Of a DNA stretch of 64,000 bases, positions 63,027 through 64,000 are shown in pieces; within the stretch, counting starts at the first letter, position 1, and the number at the start of each line of letters is the position of its first letter. The DNA comes from a virus (Duplodnaviria; Caudoviricetes). Below the pieces are notes generated by a model. That model did not search any database, was not told the DNA's origin, and was given only the letters and a program-made list of their open reading frames with translations. Both the position numbers and the translations under genes were made by a program. The DNA is taken from IMG/VR virus record IMGVR_UViG_3300042542_005523. One strand, written 5' to 3'.

Positions 63027-64000
63027 ATGAAACCAATTTTAGATTTTAAAACGTTCCAGAGGATATTCGAAGCTGACGAGCCTGCAAAAGAGGGGGTTTC
63101 AGCTATTGCTCCTTTGGTGTTAAGCTTATATTTTCAGGCTTACGGAGAACTAGCTTCCAAAGTGGAGGGATATAAGGATGTAGTTAAGGATCTTCAAGCC
63201 ATAATGAAAGCAGAGGTTGATAAAAAACCGGAAGTAATAGAAGCTATAGCTAAGAAGATAGCAGGACTAGTTAAAGATGCGGAGATAAAGAAAGAATTAG
63301 AGGCTTCTATAGTACCAGCTGTTACAGTTTTAGGTGAAGCTTATAAAGAGCTCTTAAAGACAGCTAGCGACGAAGATAAGAAGAAAATGCAAGAGGCATT
63401 CTCTGATGGTGTTTTGGACTACCAAAACAGTCTTATTCAAGCTGTTAAATCAGTTAACGAAAACTATTTTATAGAGGGAGATCCTATCGTTGAAAAGAAT
63501 ACCTTCAAGGACGATAGATCTGATTTAATCAGAGACCTCAACACTCTAGAAAGCGGAATTAACATGGTTCTTTTAAATCCTCCAACAGAGAGAATAAAAG
63601 GAGCAATGTCAGGCCTAGCAGCACAGGTTAAAGAACTTAAAAAAGAACTTTCCGATGATGCTAAATGGGAAGGAATGAAGAGAAAGGATAGAAAGGACAG
63701 AGTGCAAGAAATCCCTCAGTTGATTGCTAAAATAAAAGAGGATCAGAATAAAGCTATTTCTGATGAGGTTGTTAAATCCGGGATAGAGAAAACAGTATTA
63801 ACCAAAATACAGGATGCACAAGCTAAATTAAAAACAGGAACTGAAAAGATAGGTGGTATAGTTCAGAAGAATATAGAAACCGCAAAAGCAGAGGGGGATA
63901 AAAAAACAGCTGATGAAAAAGCTAAGGAAGCGAAAGAATTAGAGGATTTCAAGAAAGCTAGTCTTAAATTAGACGATTACAAAGAGATCGTAACTGGCAA
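63027..64000 (+). CDS. Large helical protein with capsid-targeting-like N-terminus (runs off the window)
   Basis: Hand-translated MKPILDFKTFQRIFEADE...; no stop seen before 64000; GATATATA upstream. Confidence 0.75.
   Translation, partial: MKPILDFKTFQRIFEADEPAKEGVSAIAPLVLSLYFQAYGELASKVEGYKDVVKDLQAIMKAEVDKKPEVIEAIAKKIAGLVKDAEIKKELEASIVPAVTVLGEAYKELLKTASDEDKKKMQEAFSDGVLDYQNSLIQAVKSVNENYFIEGDPIVEKNTFKDDRSDLIRDLNTLESGINMVLLNPPTERIKGAMSGLAAQVKELKKELSDDAKWEGMKRKDRKDRVQEIPQLIAKIKEDQNKAISDEVVKSGIEKTVLTKIQDAQAKLKTGTEKIGGIVQKNIETAKAEGDKKTADEKAKEAKELEDFKKASLKLDDYKEIVTG

Noticed and set aside
1-64000. Stop-codon reassignment (code 15 or 4) as in some large gut phages
   Set aside because: Genes are full length in the standard code, TAG and TGA end recognisable proteins, and no CUA or UCA suppressor tRNA was found.

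Overview
This window is best read as part of a large dsDNA bacteriophage genome, probably infecting Bacteroidota. The evidence is TAnnTTTG-type -7 promoter boxes, a phage-type bS21, 22 tRNAs, and about 20 proteins with a shared capsid-targeting-like N-terminus (MK/RxIKxF/YxxLxE) behind a GATATATA motif. Layout: (1) 1-1100, small early-type genes and a G/C-tract plus GAGTCAA iteron region; (2) 1.2-26 kb, putative virion or injected proteins, including five paralogous 21-aa-repeat LRR proteins, ART-like, peptidase and SLT enzymes, and a direct-repeat-flanked glf cassette; (3) 30.1-34.5 kb, an RNA island with two tRNA arrays, tRNA-scaffold ncRNAs lacking anticodon arms, 8/4 tRNAs and unexplained structured RNAs; (4) ferritin, YkuK RNase H-like, ClpC-like ATPase and bS21; (5) 40.4-60.6 kb, a glycan cluster with GT2/6/7/11, a NeuB-type pathway, gmd and a phosphonate (PEP mutase to 2-HEP) route. 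The strongest candidate for a new system is that each tRNA array is preceded by a short leader ORF overlapping a mutually exclusive antiterminator/terminator pair. The core of each leader uses only the amino acids whose tRNAs lie in its own downstream array: 32 consecutive codons from F,W,V,E,K,N,G,M,Q,I,P,A for array 1, and 18 consecutive codons from S,D,T,C,H,L for array 2. This suggests tRNA-pool-sensing transcription attenuation of phage tRNA operons. All protein family calls are motif recognition by eye and all RNA folds were made by hand; no searches or folding programs were run.
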